NCBI RefSeq assembly: GCF_009914755.1
Contig: NC_060933.1
Strand: one strand, 5' to 3'
From: the human T2T-CHM13v2.0 reference genome, Homo sapiens
Length of the DNA: 64,000 nucleotides
The notes under the pieces are model-generated. The model saw only the letters and a program-made list of their open reading frames with translations, was not told the origin of the DNA and did not search any database. The position numbers and the translations under genes were made by a program. Shown one piece after another: positions 11,521 through 25,634 of the stretch; position 1 is the stretch's first letter; each line of letters starts with the position of its first letter.

Positions 11521-12067
11521 AGTGCTCAGTAAGATGCCCCCTGAAAAAACAAACACAAACCGGGAATTGGAGCCCCCACCCTGGTCCCCTGCCTGCCCAA
11601 AATCCGAGTAGTGAGAAGGTGAAGAGGAGTAAAACCGCAGTCTTACCTTTCTTGGATTTCTCCAGAAGATCCTAGCACAGTGCCAGGCTCGCCCAAGCTT
11701 ATTGGGTTGGAGCAATCAAGTGATAGTACTTGATAGTACTTGATCAAAATGATAGTACTAAGTGGTTCAAGGCACTGTGCTTTTACAAACTGGATATTTT
11801 AAGGAACCGTTTCTGTTTTCGTCTAAACACACACACACACGGTCGCTAAATCCTTAAGAATATATTAATCAAAATAGTTATGGAACTTAGTGTTGGGGTA
11901 GAATTTTAGATTAAAAGCTACACCTTTATTTTTGCGAACTACCAATTTGACAAGGGCTCCTTCTCTGTCAGATGTCTTAACCTTGTAGGACTGATGGTGG
12001 AGGGAGGGATGAAGCTGCCCACCTTGTTGGTTTGGTTTTAACAGCTCAAAATCTCTTTATGTGTTAG

Positions 12068-12426
<359 letters not shown>

Positions 12427-12603
12427 TTACTTGTTTTTTAACCTGGCATGCCTGTAAGACTCTCACTTATTGGAGGCAGAGCTGCTGTCCTCCAACTTCC
12501 GCTAGACAGGCGGAAGCTGCGGAACACAGGGTACTCTAGTGAAAGGGGGACCTCAGAGGCCCACCTGGGAGGGAGATGCTGCTTGTGGACAAGCAGAAGA
12601 TCT

Positions 12604-12677
12604 CAGGGGCCTCTAAGAGAGAATTTCTGCAATCTATGGGCAGGGGCCTCTAAGAGAGAATTTCTGCAATCTACGGG
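12604..12677. repeat. 2 x 37-bp tandem repeat (caggggcctctaagagagaatttctgcaatcta[t/c]ggg)
   Basis: Units start at 12604 and 12641; one mismatch. Confidence 0.95.
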
Positions 12678-12769
12678 AGGTTGCCCAGATGTAGCCTCTG
12701 TGGGGCCTTTCAATTCTACGGGAAAAGGATTCAAAGAGTTAAGTGTTTGAATTAAAAATTGATGGACTC

Positions 12770-13109
<340 letters not shown>

Positions 13110-13110
13110 T

Positions 13111-13676
13111 CAATTAGTCTGATAGTTTTCCCATCATCAGAAAACATTTAATTATCTTTGACCTTGCCTTTTCCTGGGTGTTGTGAAGTTAGAAATAACA
13201 TTCCAGCAAAAATTTGGGAAGAAATCTGGGGTTATTTGTTGAAGGGAGTTTCTAAGTCTAGTGATTTTCCCTAACTCAATAGATTTCCAGATTTTAAGAA
13301 AAGAAACAAAGCACCTCTGAAGTTATTTGAATTCTAGGCACCAAGCAATCCCTGGGGTTTTTCTAGTTGTTTATGGGACTGGCCACTTTGAAGGCGCAAT
13401 GGGGATTTCAATTTCTGATGGAAGTGCCAGTGACACTCATGGTCAGGTGATGTGGTTCAGGGGAAGAGCTTGGCAGATGGATCAGGGACATGCTCTAAGA
13501 TGCCAGTGATGAGGAAGACATTGATACTAGCCAGCTCACTGCCTCTCTTTGTCATCTGTAGCTACCCATGTGTCCTGTTCTAACAGACTGGTTTTTCTGT
13601 GTGGCAATTCTTCCTTTCATGGACTCTGGAAACAAAGACTCTTCCAAAGGTGGGCACACTGCACAAGGGCCTTTTG
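13111..13676 (+). repeat. Local direct duplication, copy A (partner 15325-15892)
   Basis: Co-linear ~565 bp, roughly 87-90% identical by eye. Confidence 0.93.
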
Positions 13677-15324
13677 AAGAAAAGTTTCTCAAGGATTTGG
13701 GGCCTATAAAAGCCATTCTCTTCTGTCCCACCCACCCCTTCCTCTCTGCCCTAAGCCAGTGTAAGTGAAAAGAGCAGGCAGTCTAACCTCACTCTCTTCA
13801 TGTGCCACATCCTGTTTTCAGATTAATGAGCTCATTTGCTGGAAATTTACCAAGGGAAATAGTTTAATTTTGGAAAGTACCAAAAACTTATCTGTAGTCA
13901 TTCAGCTTCATTTGGGGGGCTCTTGAAATGGAGGGGCATCACCGGAGGACCTCTGAACGCCCAGGGAGCAGCAAGGCAACAGAAATTGAAAGCGAGCCCA
14001 GTGAGGCTGAACCTGACTCAGAAAGGAAACAAAATCTTTTGGAGGCCACTCATGTCTACCCAGTTGAATTTTTTTTTCTAAAAATAACTTTAAAAAGAGA
14101 AATAGTTTATCTGGCCAAAGCCTCATATCTGGTGGTCTGACCATGGAGCCATGACTGAGGAACAAGAAAATGAACACAGGGAAGCAGGCAGTGTTTGAGC
14201 CTCCACCCTCTACCTTCTTGTCCATGTATTAATATGTTTGGCTTGTTCTAAGAGGCATGGAAAGGCTTTCAGTCTCCAGTTTTGCCCCAATCCCTTAGCA
14301 ATCCGACCCTTGACATTGAAGTTGTCTGCCTAACCTAGTAGCCTTTGTGGCTCCTGCAGCCAGGGGGATTCTAGATGATCACAGATTTGCAAGCCATTCT
14401 GCATTGGAGATGATGAGATGATGGAGCACAAGTGATGTGCACCCTAGACTTTGCCTCTAAGCATCCAACCACCTCCTGGCCTGCACTGTTTCCCAGAGTA
14501 GAGATTTATCATCCATTCTAAGCAGAATGAATGGAACACGTAAGTGAATCCAGCCGGCTAAAGGCAGCCATTTGGGCAGGCTCCTGTTTGTCAACAGCCC
14601 TTAAAATGTGGAGCCCAGAATGGTTATCACTCCCTCAACCCCAGTCAGCCCTTTGGTGCCTTCTTCTTATTACCAGCAGCACGCCTTGTCTCTGTCATAC
14701 GGCTTGTGTTCAGTAAAAACAATTAGTGAACAGCTTTTCTGTTAGCATCATTTTAATCTGCTCTGATAACTTCTGATTCCTGAACCAAGAAATTTAATTA
14801 AACAGATGATTACAAGCTGTCAGCAACCTATCAGATTAGAAGACCAAATGGTACTGGGTTCTTCAATCCAAATTCAGTATGTCCCTTTGGCACATTACAC
14901 AGAACTGATATCAACAACAAAACAAAGAAATAAAACATGATCTTATAAAAATGACAGCATAACACGTGTACTTTTTGCTATGGTCTGATTATTAAAAATG
15001 TCCCAAATTTCCTTCTGTTAATCTCCATCTTGGTTCTTATTACACTTATAATAACTAGCATTTTTAAAAACGTGCCTGTTTACAGGTTTTTTTCTTTCTA
15101 CCACAGAATTATGAATACATGAAATTGTAGGAATATATGAAAATGTGTATAGGAATATATGAAATTAGATGAATTAAAACCATGAAAGTAAAGCTGTATC
15201 TGATTTCATTGTTGTTTCCCCTGGCTTAGCATGATGCTAGTTACATAGGAGACATCACTAAATATTTATTCAATAAATGACTAATATGCAAGATGCTATT
15301 AATACAAATTTTTACTTATGGTAA

Positions 15325-15892
15325 CAATAGTTAATGATGATTTCCCCACCATCAGAAAACATTTATTAAGTATCTTCAACCTGGCCTTTTCCTGTGTGTT
15401 GTGAAGTTAGAAATAGCATTCTAGGAAAAATTTGGAAAGAAATCTGGGGTTGTTTGTTGAAGGGAGTTTCTATGTCCAGTGATTTTCTCTATCCCAAGAG
15501 ATTTCCAGATTTTAAGAAAAGAAACAAAGAACCTCTGAAGTTATTTGAATTGTAGGCACCAAGCAGTCCCTGGGGTTTTACTAATTGGTTGTGCACTTTG
15601 AAGGCGCAATGGGGATTTCAGTTTCTGATGGAAGTGCCAATGACACTCGTGGTCAGGTAATGTGGTTCAGGGGAAGAGCTTAGCAGAGGGACCCTTGGAT
15701 AGGGACATGCTCTAAGATGCCAATGATGAGGAAGACATTGATACTAGCCAGCCTACTGCCTTTCTTTGCCATCTCTGGCTACCTATGCGTCCTGTTCTAA
15801 GAGACTGGTTTTGCTGTGTGACAATTCCTTCTTTCATGGACTCTGGAAACAAAGACACTCCTAAAGGTGGACATGCTGCCCCAGGGCCTTTT
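15325..15892 (+). repeat. Local direct duplication, copy B (partner 13111-13676)
   Basis: Parallel chance ORFs 13568..13768 and 15785..16009 show the homology. Confidence 0.93.
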
Positions 15893-17056
15893 TCCGGGCT
15901 ACGGAATTATTGCTCTTTCTTCACACTCACCTTTGGGAGGCTTGGGTTCCCTGGCCACTGGCTAGTACAGCACAAGAATAACGCAGTGTTCGAACTCAAC
16001 AGCTGTTAACATCTGGCTGAGGAAGGATACAGTATGAAGGTTCCCATCTCACTCTATCTTGAGGACTCAGCCTGAGAGAGAAAAATCAAGGAGTGGGGAA
16101 AGCTGTTACTCAGAAATCAGAAGATTTGCTTTGATGTTGGAGGACTGTGGCGGAAAGTTCCTCCCATCCTTGAACCTTATTTTTCTTACCTGCAAAGTGG
16201 GAGAATGACTTCAGGGGAATCCTTCAGCATGAACCATTTAATTCTTTAAACTTTAATCATTCAAGCCCTGGTCCTGGGGAAGAGGCACATTCTCCCATCT
16301 GTTGAGGGGCTGTTCTCCCCACCTGTACTTGGGGTGGTACCAGGAACCCCTATAACGGGTGCTGGAAGCTTCCACTAGAGGCATGGTCTTTTTGGACTCC
16401 AAACATTTTGTGCGTTTTTTTTTTTTTAAGGGAAGCTATGTGAAAAACCTCCTCTGATGGATTTCTTTCAGAGCTCAAGCCAGGCAAATTCCCAGCACAA
16501 GCCAAGGCTTGGGAGCAAGAATATGTAGCAGGAGCAAGAGGCTAAGAACCAGGGTGCAGCTCTCACTCTCTCAAAGAATGCACAAGCTGGGGGTCGGGAG
16601 GGTTGTGAAAGTGGAGTTGATGTTTGCTCATCTCTTCTGAACTCCTTGTCTTACAAAAGGGGAAATGGGGGCCCAGAGAGAGAAATGAACTTGCACAGTC
16701 AGTCCAAGGTCCAGAAGCCTCTTCCTCTGTATTCTGATGCCCTATTGTCTCAAGACATCTTAGTAATAACTCTGTCCTTTTATTCCTGCATTCGTTTCTC
16801 CTTGGATATGTCTCCACAAGACTGAGTTTCCTGAGGGCCAAGAAGCAGGGCACAGACATCTCTGTAGGCTCCTTTGTGCCTAGCCTGCATCTTGTACACA
16901 GTGGGGGCCCAGTAATGATATATTAAGAGGGACTTCTTTGCCTTCATAAGAGGATTCTGGGATACTAGGAAATATTAACCCTACCTTTCACACCTGTGGG
17001 TTACCCAGATGTATTTAACAAATATGTGTTTAGCTTCTACCATTAGCCTTTTTGCA

Positions 17057-17357
<301 letters not shown>

Positions 17358-20237
17358 TAAAAATAATTCTAGCATATATATCTAGCAACACTTTCTGGAG
17401 ATCATTGTCTTAATCATTTCAGATGTGCACTTGTAACATTTTAAAATGCAAAATCAAATAGATAAGAAAAGCCATTCTGTCTACTGCCATCCTTGGTTAC
17501 TATCTTCTGTAACCAGTGCCCAGCTGCACAGCCAGAGAGCTGTGGGTAGGGCCCATGGCTCTCTCTGGCCCCTGTGATTGCTGAAACTGGAACTGCTTGG
17601 GGAGCCCTGGGGCCCTGGCACCAGCTCCTGCTCAGTCCTGCTTCTCCTTTCACAGGGAACATGTCTACACACCAGCTCTCCTGAGCAGTCTTGGAACCCC
17701 TCCAAGGACAGCCCTGGACACTGGCCAAGGGGGAGGGTGCCCCTGGGAAGGACGTATCTATCAGGAAGCAGAGACTGTGGCAGGCAGGCATACACACGCA
17801 CATGCTCGCAGGATGGCTGGCTTACCCAAGATTTCAAAAGAAGTTGGAAATCTGGATTTTTATGTGAAATGACTTGATTTTTAGAACACCCTATAAGCCA
17901 AAAAATAAACCCAAACCAAATGAGCATCCCTATGAACTGTGTCTGTGGGCCACTATTTGTGACCTCTGGTAGAGCCTGGCACTCCATAAACACAACAAAA
18001 GCAGATGTGTGAACGTGCCCACATGTAACTCACCCGGGCTGTTCACATTGTTCATCCAGATGTGGACCCTGCACACACATAATAGAGACCTTCATTGGAC
18101 ATTGACACACACATAGTATCTCCCGGGATGTGGTTTTAATATTTGCACTTTCCACCTAAGGAGACTGAATGTCAGAAAGATCTCTAAGATCATGTCAAAA
18201 TCTAGGCTGCCTGACCACAAAGCCAGTGTTCTGAACCGCTGCACAAACCACCACCCAGATGCCTGCACTCTGAATTAAAATTGCCAGTTACTTTGCATCC
18301 TTCTCTAAACTAAGCTTTATGAATTTAGACACTGTGTTTCATTTGCTGGTGCATCCCATCACCTGGCACTATGCCCAGCAGAGCACAGAAGGTGCTCAAT
18401 ACGTACTGGTGGGATTGTACCCACAGGCTCATACAAACGTGTACAGACAGGGCACATGTAAACCCACATAGCCCCACCATGCTGAAGAACACATGCACAC
18501 TGACGTTCCCACATGCACACCACCCACCTCCATCTCCCACCCGCCAGGGCATTGGACCCTAAGCTGGGGCAGCCCAAGTTTCCCCTGCCAGCCCCCTGCC
18601 AGCCTTGCCCAAAGCCTTCAGAAATAGTTTCCTGGAAATCTCGAGGCGGCTGTGGTGTTCTTTTTCCTAACTCAGGAGACAACTCAGCAGTTTTGTTTTT
18701 CAAAGTCTGAGACTCATAAACCTGGAATCCTTTCTTCATTTTTTCCACCAGAATTTTCCTTGGCCTGTTGCCTTCCCCCAGGGCCTTGGCTAGGAGGTTA
18801 CACTCGGAGCGCCCTCTGCCGGGCACTGTCCTCCCAACCTTGTGGGCAGTTGCAGATGGGACCTGCCCCAGGCTGCTTTACAGATGGGAACCTAAGTCAG
18901 ATGGTGGTAGTGAGGAGAGGTTGGAGGATACTGGCCCATTGCAAGTGTGTGCCAGTGTTATTACTAGCAAGGGATCTTTTGTGATTTTTTTTTACGTTTT
19001 TGAAAATAAAAGAATAAATAGCTTCAAGAGCTCAGATGAAGGCCCTCTGCTCTCCCAAGGGCCTCTGTGTGGGGCAGATGACAGAGGTTTGGGAAAATCA
19101 CCTCATTCAACTTTATTCTTGGGTCTCCATCACATTTAATAAGTGAGGAAATGGAGACACAGAGAGATTTTGGGGGAAGAGGTGCGAGGAATATTTATTG
19201 AATGGCTGCTATGTGCAAGGTATACTTATGAATCTCTGTCATTTCATCTTGGCAAATAAACCTGTAGGGTAGTTGCTTTTGTTTCCATTTTACAGATTAA
19301 GACATAGAGGCTCAGTGAGGTCTCTCAAGGTCAGAAAGGGAAGGGGAAGAGCTAGGATTTGAATCCAAATCTTCTTTTTCTTGGCTTCGTAGCCTCCTGG
19401 ATTTTTTCCATTTGGCTGCAGGTCTGAGTTCAGTGGGGCCCAGGGTGGAGCCTTTGTGGCTGGACTCATCAGAGGCCAGGGTTCCTTGGCCTGGCTGCCC
19501 AGAAAGGCAAGCCTTTCTCCTTGTACACTACCAGAGAGCAATCTTTGGGGGACACAGTCTTTAGGGGACACAGGGGAATGGGTCAAGCAGCCCCACCAGG
19601 ACTCAGAGCTGGGAATAGGCTCCTGGGACTGGCAGCTGTGCCAAGGCCCCTTAACAGTAAAAAACAGGATCAAATGCCTTTATCAACCAAACGCATGAGA
19701 GGCTCCAAAGGGCAGGGTTTTTTCTGGGAAAGAAAGCAGGTCCTGAAAGGTTTTTGTTTTGTTTTTCTTCTTAATGGGACCCTACATTTCACCAAGAGTT
19801 AGTCACTACCCTCCCTAATCCATCCTCCATCCTGCAGCGCTGTCCAGAAACTTTCAAAATGTCTCAGTTCCTGCAGGAAAACATCCAAACCCTTTATCTT
19901 GTTTGTTTTTGGTCTGGCTTGGCCTTATCTTCCACTTGTCTCATATAAGCAAACTGCTTAAGGGTCTCTGTCTGCACCTCCCTTGAGTCCCACTGCTGGG
20001 TGTTTGCTTACATTACTTCTCCTCTCAGAAATAACTTCATTTCAGTGTATCCAAACCTTAGTCATTCTTCCAGACCCAGCTTAGAGGCCATCTTCTCCAT
20101 GGAGCCTTCTCCACTGCATGCAGCAGAAATGAACCTGCCTTGTACTTGTCTCATGGGCACATGTTGTAGTTCCCCTAATAGACTGAATCCCTTAAGAAAC
20201 AGTGTTGGATTCATCTTGGATTCTCCTATATGGGTAT

Positions 20238-20239
<2 letters not shown>

Positions 20240-20279
<40 letters not shown>
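20240..20279. repeat. (GT)20 microsatellite
   Basis: Read directly. Confidence 0.95.
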
Positions 20280-20282
<3 letters not shown>

Positions 20283-20667
20283 CATGCACATAATAATGTC
20301 AATGGTAGTTTGAGAAGGGGAAACATGGTGAGCTTTGTCTCATGATAGCATATACCAGCCACCCAAGAAATCTTAACAATGAGATATGGGCACCATTTTA
20401 GACAAACAAGACAAAGGAGAGGTGGCTCTGCTCAGATCAGCCTCAATTCCTAAAGTTGGTGTGGGCAAAGAACGCTGTTCCCATGGACTAGAAGCAGGCC
20501 ATGCACAAGGAAGCTGATGTGAAAGGCCTCTTAGTTTTGTCCAGTGGGGGAGGGTGACAAACTGAACACATTGCTGGATTCCTACGGCGGCAGAAGGAGT
20601 GAACGATGGGATACAGTGCGGTGCAATGAACGTGGAATGGTGAAAGGTCTTTAGAGACTGGGGGAGT

Positions 20668-20984
<317 letters not shown>

Positions 20985-22778
20985 CTAAAAAGCCCATGGA
21001 CATGCCCATGAAAGAGTCCGAGTCTGCTTTAAAGCCCTTGAAAGCCATCTTATGGCAGTACTGGTCAAGTAAGCTCTTCTGCTCCCCTTTCTTCTACCTT
21101 TCCTCCCTACCAATCCCTCTAGTGCTGGAGAGGTCAGAAGTCACAGCTTGCACAGCAATGTGAATATACTCAACACTACTGAACTGTGCACTTGGGAGTA
21201 GTTAAGATGGTAAATCTTATGTTACGCATTTTAAATTTATTACAATCTTAAAGAAAGAAGCAGCCACACTAAACAGCCTTAGTAAGCTGAGAAGGAAACT
21301 CCAGGGAAAGAAGCAGCTGCCCGTGACACTATTCCCAGCTATAGGGGTCCCAAACCTGCAGCAAGCCCTGTTTGGGAGAGAAGATTGTATTTTAAATCAA
21401 GTTGAGAATTTTGCTTTTGTATGGGACTGAACATCAAATTTATGAATAGAGTTGTTTGGTGACTGAAGTGATCATAGGACTTTTTAGTTCCTAAGAGTGA
21501 TCACAACAGTCATAAGATGCTTGAGTTTTCCTTAAAGGATAGAGAAAGGATATCTCTCCCTTCCCTTTGAATAAATCTTTATAGGGAGCTGGAAGGCAAA
21601 ACAAAGTTGACTTATGAGTATGCGCAGGGAGTCCTACTTACTTAATTTAGCAATTATATTTGCTTTTGTAAAATGGGATCTCTCCTTCCATTATATTTTT
21701 CTAATTGGTGTTGTTTGCCTCTATCACATCTTCCAAAGCAACTAAAAGCTTGGGCTTACCTCAGATAAAGGCACTTAACCATTACCTGAAAGATCAGCTG
21801 TGCTTCAGGCTTTAAACCCTTAATTGCTCGGTATTCTCATGTTCACAGGTTGAGGGACTCAGTATTAACGTGCCTTTGTTGCAAGTTCTTGTAAACAAAG
21901 ACAGTAAAATTATGGTTCTGATGTTCTATTAATTGTCATTAATTTATACCTACCAAGTGTCAGGTCTTGTGCTTAGGATACAGAGAAGAACAAGATACAG
22001 CTCCTGTCCGCCAGGAGCTCACAGTGGGATAGAAGGCCATGATAAGAAATCAATGAGAAGGCTGTGGGTGGCAGGAGCTCCAGCACAGATGTGTTTCCAG
22101 AGAAGGACTTACAGGGGCTTGTCCTGAGTGTACCCTTGATGCTGGCACTATGTCTGGCCCATGATAAGCTTCCTGTCCCAGGCCATGTGCTTCCAGGAAG
22201 TTATCCTTGCTTAATTCTATGTCTACTCCGATTACTTCTTTACTTTATCATCTCAGCACTTTGCAATTCAGCCTTGTGTTCATTTACCCTGGTGCTGCAA
22301 ATACAGGGAACACACATAATGCACAGGATACTGACATGCTGTGTATCTCAGGGCACTCAGAAGAGCTGAAGCTATGATTTGAATCCATAAAGTTTGACAT
22401 CTGCTTCCCATTCGTAGGCAGTTATTACAAAGTGGCAATCACTGCCTTTGTGATGATCATAAGCATTTTTCATGCTCCTACCTAGTCTTTAAAATGATTC
22501 TTTTTAGAGGCTGCATAATATTTCATGGAATATGCATTCTGTCATTTACATGTAATTATGAGTAATAATTACAATTTCCCCCTTTCGAACTATTAATTTA
22601 TATGTCAGGTTTTTTATATCACACAAAGTACTTCAATAAATTACAGTGGTATTGCTTTATATACCATAATTCTAGATTCATAGTAATTCTAGGCTAATTC
22701 CTACTTGATATCTCCACAAGAATGTCTAAAAGGCTTCTTAAACATAACAAAGCCCTGACAGAAATCCTTCTTCTCTTC

Positions 22779-23278
22779 TGTATTTGCTTGTGAGCACTGG
22801 GTAACAAAGTGCCACAAACTGGGTGGCTTGAAACAACAGAGATGTATTCTCACACGGGGCTGGAGGTTAGAAGTCTGAAAGCAGTTTCGGCAGGGTTGGT
22901 TTCTTCTGGCCGGCTCTGAGGGCGGACCCGTCCCGTGCCTCTCTCCTGGCTTCAGGTGACAGCAGTGGTTCTTTGCCTTCCTTGGTTTGTACATGCATTA
23001 CTCCAATTTCTACCTCTGTCTGCATGCGACCGTCCTCTCCCAGTGTCTGCATCTTCACCTGAGGTTTTCTCTGCGTATCCCTGTGTCTACATTTCCCTCT
23101 TCTCATAAGGACACCTGTCATTTTAGATTAAGAGCCACCCTATTCCAGTGTGACTTCATCTTACCTTAGCTAATTACACATGCAACAAACTTATTTCCAA
23201 ATCAGGTCCTACTCTGAGGTACTGTAGATTTGAATTTCAACATATCTTTTTGAGTGACGTAGTGTTCAACCCATAACA
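22779..23278 (-). mobile_element. MaLR solo LTR (MLT1B/C-like), 5-bp TSD tcttc
   Basis: TG...CA ends with tcttc on both sides; inserted in L2-like sequence. Confidence 0.85.
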
Positions 23279-23920
23279 TCTTCTTTCCTTGTTTTCCTAA
23301 ATGTGTACCTTCTCCTGTCTTCTCCAGCTGTGTAAATGGCATCTGCAGCAGTGCAAGCCAGGAATCCGTGAGTAATCCTTGACTCCTCTGCATTCATTAC
23401 CCCACCCTGATTCCTTCAGCAAATCCTCTCAGCACCACTTCCAAAACTATCCTGAATTCATCCCTGTCTCTTCATCTCCATTTCTTCCTTTCTAGTTGAA
23501 GCTACTGTTACCTGTCACATGACAATGGCACCAGCTCCTCACTGGTCTCCCCTGACTCTGTTCTCATCTACAACCTGGTCTCATGCCCTTTTGCTTAATA
23601 CTCTCAACTGCATAGAATCCAAACATCTCACCAGTTCTTACAAAATCCCAGTGATCTGGCCCCTCTCACTTCTCTGACCTCATTGTCCATCACTTGCTTT
23701 CTTCGATCCAGCCACGTCAGCCTTCTCGCTGTTTCCTGGACCCCTGGGTCTTTACACGCACCAGCCTGGACCTTCATGTGGTTGTTCCTTCTTGTCAAGA
23801 AAATCTCAGCTTAAATGCCACCTTATTTAGTGATATTTGATAGACCTTCCCTAACCATGCAATCTAGAGCAGCCACTGAGTCATTCTATATCATAGAACT
23901 TTTAAAAAATTCTCTGCAGA

Positions 23921-24218
23921 GGCCAGGCGCGATGGCTGACACCTGTAATCCCATCACTTTGGGAAGCCGAGGCAGGCGGATCACTTGAGTTGAGAGTTTG
24001 AGACCAGCCTGGGCAACATGGTGAAACCCTGTCTCTACTAAAAGAAGAAAAATTAGCTGGGCATGGTGGTGCGCACCTGTAGTCCCAGCTACTCAGGTGG
24101 CCGAGGCAGGAGAATTACTTGAACCTGGGAGGCGGAGATTGCAGTAAGTCAAGATCATACCACTGCACTCCAGCCTGGGCAACAGAGTGAGACTCTACCT
24201 CAAAAAGAAAAAAAAAAA
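23921..24218 (+). mobile_element. Alu, TSD aaaaaatt(c)ctctgcaga
   Basis: Forward Alu inside an L2 remnant (~22700-24400). Confidence 0.92.
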
Positions 24219-24359
24219 TTCCTCTGCAGAGAATTTAGTAAATATATTATTTTCCCTCTTTAAGTGGGTATTTATTGTCTTTTTCCTCAATTATAACATA
24301 ATCTCCAGGAGAGCAGGGACTTTGTTTATCTTGATTACACCATCTAGAACTGTGCCTGG

Positions 24360-25203
24360 CATGCAGGAGGCACTCAATAAATATTTATTAAATGAATAAT
24401 TAATCTTCCACAGAAGATCTTTGTGTACCAACTATTTTTTTTTCCTTTTGGGAATTTATATAAATCATTCAACAGGAGAAGGATTACTGGATCAAGAAAT
24501 ATAAACATATTTTGGCTCCTGAAATGCATTGTCGAATTGCTTTGCAGACAGATAAGATCAGTTTTCATTTGTTGGGCAAATTTTCAAATCCCAAGTGCCA
24601 AGACAGTGATTTCTGGTATGTGGGAGAGGGGGGAGGGGAAGGGAGAAAGGAAGGAGGGAGGTGGCGGAGGGCAGGCATAGGCCGAATCAGAGCTGCTGTC
24701 CCTGGTGGGTCAATGGAACTAGAAGCAGCAGCAGTAGTAATCAACCAAGCAGGCCCACCCTCCACAGCGTCTCAAAGGCCCACGCAGGGCAGGAAAGATC
24801 TGCTGTATGAACTTGGGTCTGGCCACAGGAGCCAGAGTGAGCAGAAAAGCTGACAGGAGCACCTGCTCTTCGGCTTGCTGTTGAAATCCTGAAGGCTGGG
24901 TCAGGGGCCAATGAGCAAGTGGGAGTGAGGACACAAAGTGAGGCTTGGATCTGGTACTGAAGGCTCCTTTGCAGAGGCTGTTTCTGGGTTGCAGCTACTC
25001 TGCTTAGGACACGGGATCTGGAACATTAAGTTACACAAGGACCTCTGTCCATAAACCTCCAGGAACACAGAGGCCTCTTCACGTAGTTCTGCTGCTGCCA
25101 GGCCCATTCAGCAGCATGCTGGCCCTGTATTCCTTTGCTTCCTGCTCGGCCGCTAGAGCAATGGCATAATTTTTAAAAAGTGAAATAACATGAATAACAT
25201 TTG
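24360..25203 (-). ncRNA. Candidate terminal exon of the C5 3'-overlapping lncRNA (C5-OT1 / C5T1lncRNA)
   Basis: Strong acceptor ttttttaacttcaccttttttgtaatgttcctag|C at 25204/25203, a weaker one at 25153/25152, and AATAAA on minus at 24389-24384. I recall a spliced lncRNA being described here; boundaries are my inference. Confidence 0.4.
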
Positions 25204-25294
25204 CTAGGAACATTACAAAAAAGGTGAAGTTAAAAAAAAGAATCCCTAAGAACTAATACATAGAAGCTGAGAATAAATTAATCAGACTAAGGTA

Positions 25295-25634
25295 CCAGTT
25301 GAGTAATCCTTATCCAAAATGCTTGGAACCAGAAGTGTTTCAGATTTCAGATTTTTTTCAGATTTTGGAATATTTGCATATACATACAATAAGATATCTT
25401 GGGGATGGGACCATGTCTAAATACAAAATTCATTTATGTTTCATGTATACCTTATATACATCCCCTAAAGGTAATTTTATACAATGTTTTAAACAATGTT
25501 TTACATGAAACAAAGTTTGTGTTAAGTACTTATGTGTGGAATTTTTCATTTGTGGTGTCATGTTGGTACTCAAAAAGTTTCAAATTTTGAAGCATTTCAG
25601 ATTTTGGATTTTCAGATTTGGGATGCTCAACCTG
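25295..25634. mobile_element. Tigger4/MER46 (Zombi)-like DNA transposon
   Basis: TIRs ccagttgagtaatcc...ggatgctcaacctg flanked by TA. Confidence 0.85.

Noticed and set aside
10479-11715. Long ORFs over the CpG island (318, 181, 162, 152 aa)
   Set aside because: Overlapping ORFs on both strands with Pro/Gly/Arg/Ala-rich low-complexity products and often non-ATG starts; expected from stop-codon scarcity in GC-rich DNA; no recognisable domain.
13568-16009. Paralogous small ORFs (MCPVLTDWFF.. / MRPVLRDWFC..) suggesting a microprotein family
   Set aside because: Similarity is explained by the DNA duplication; many amino-acid changes and unrelated tails argue against coding constraint.
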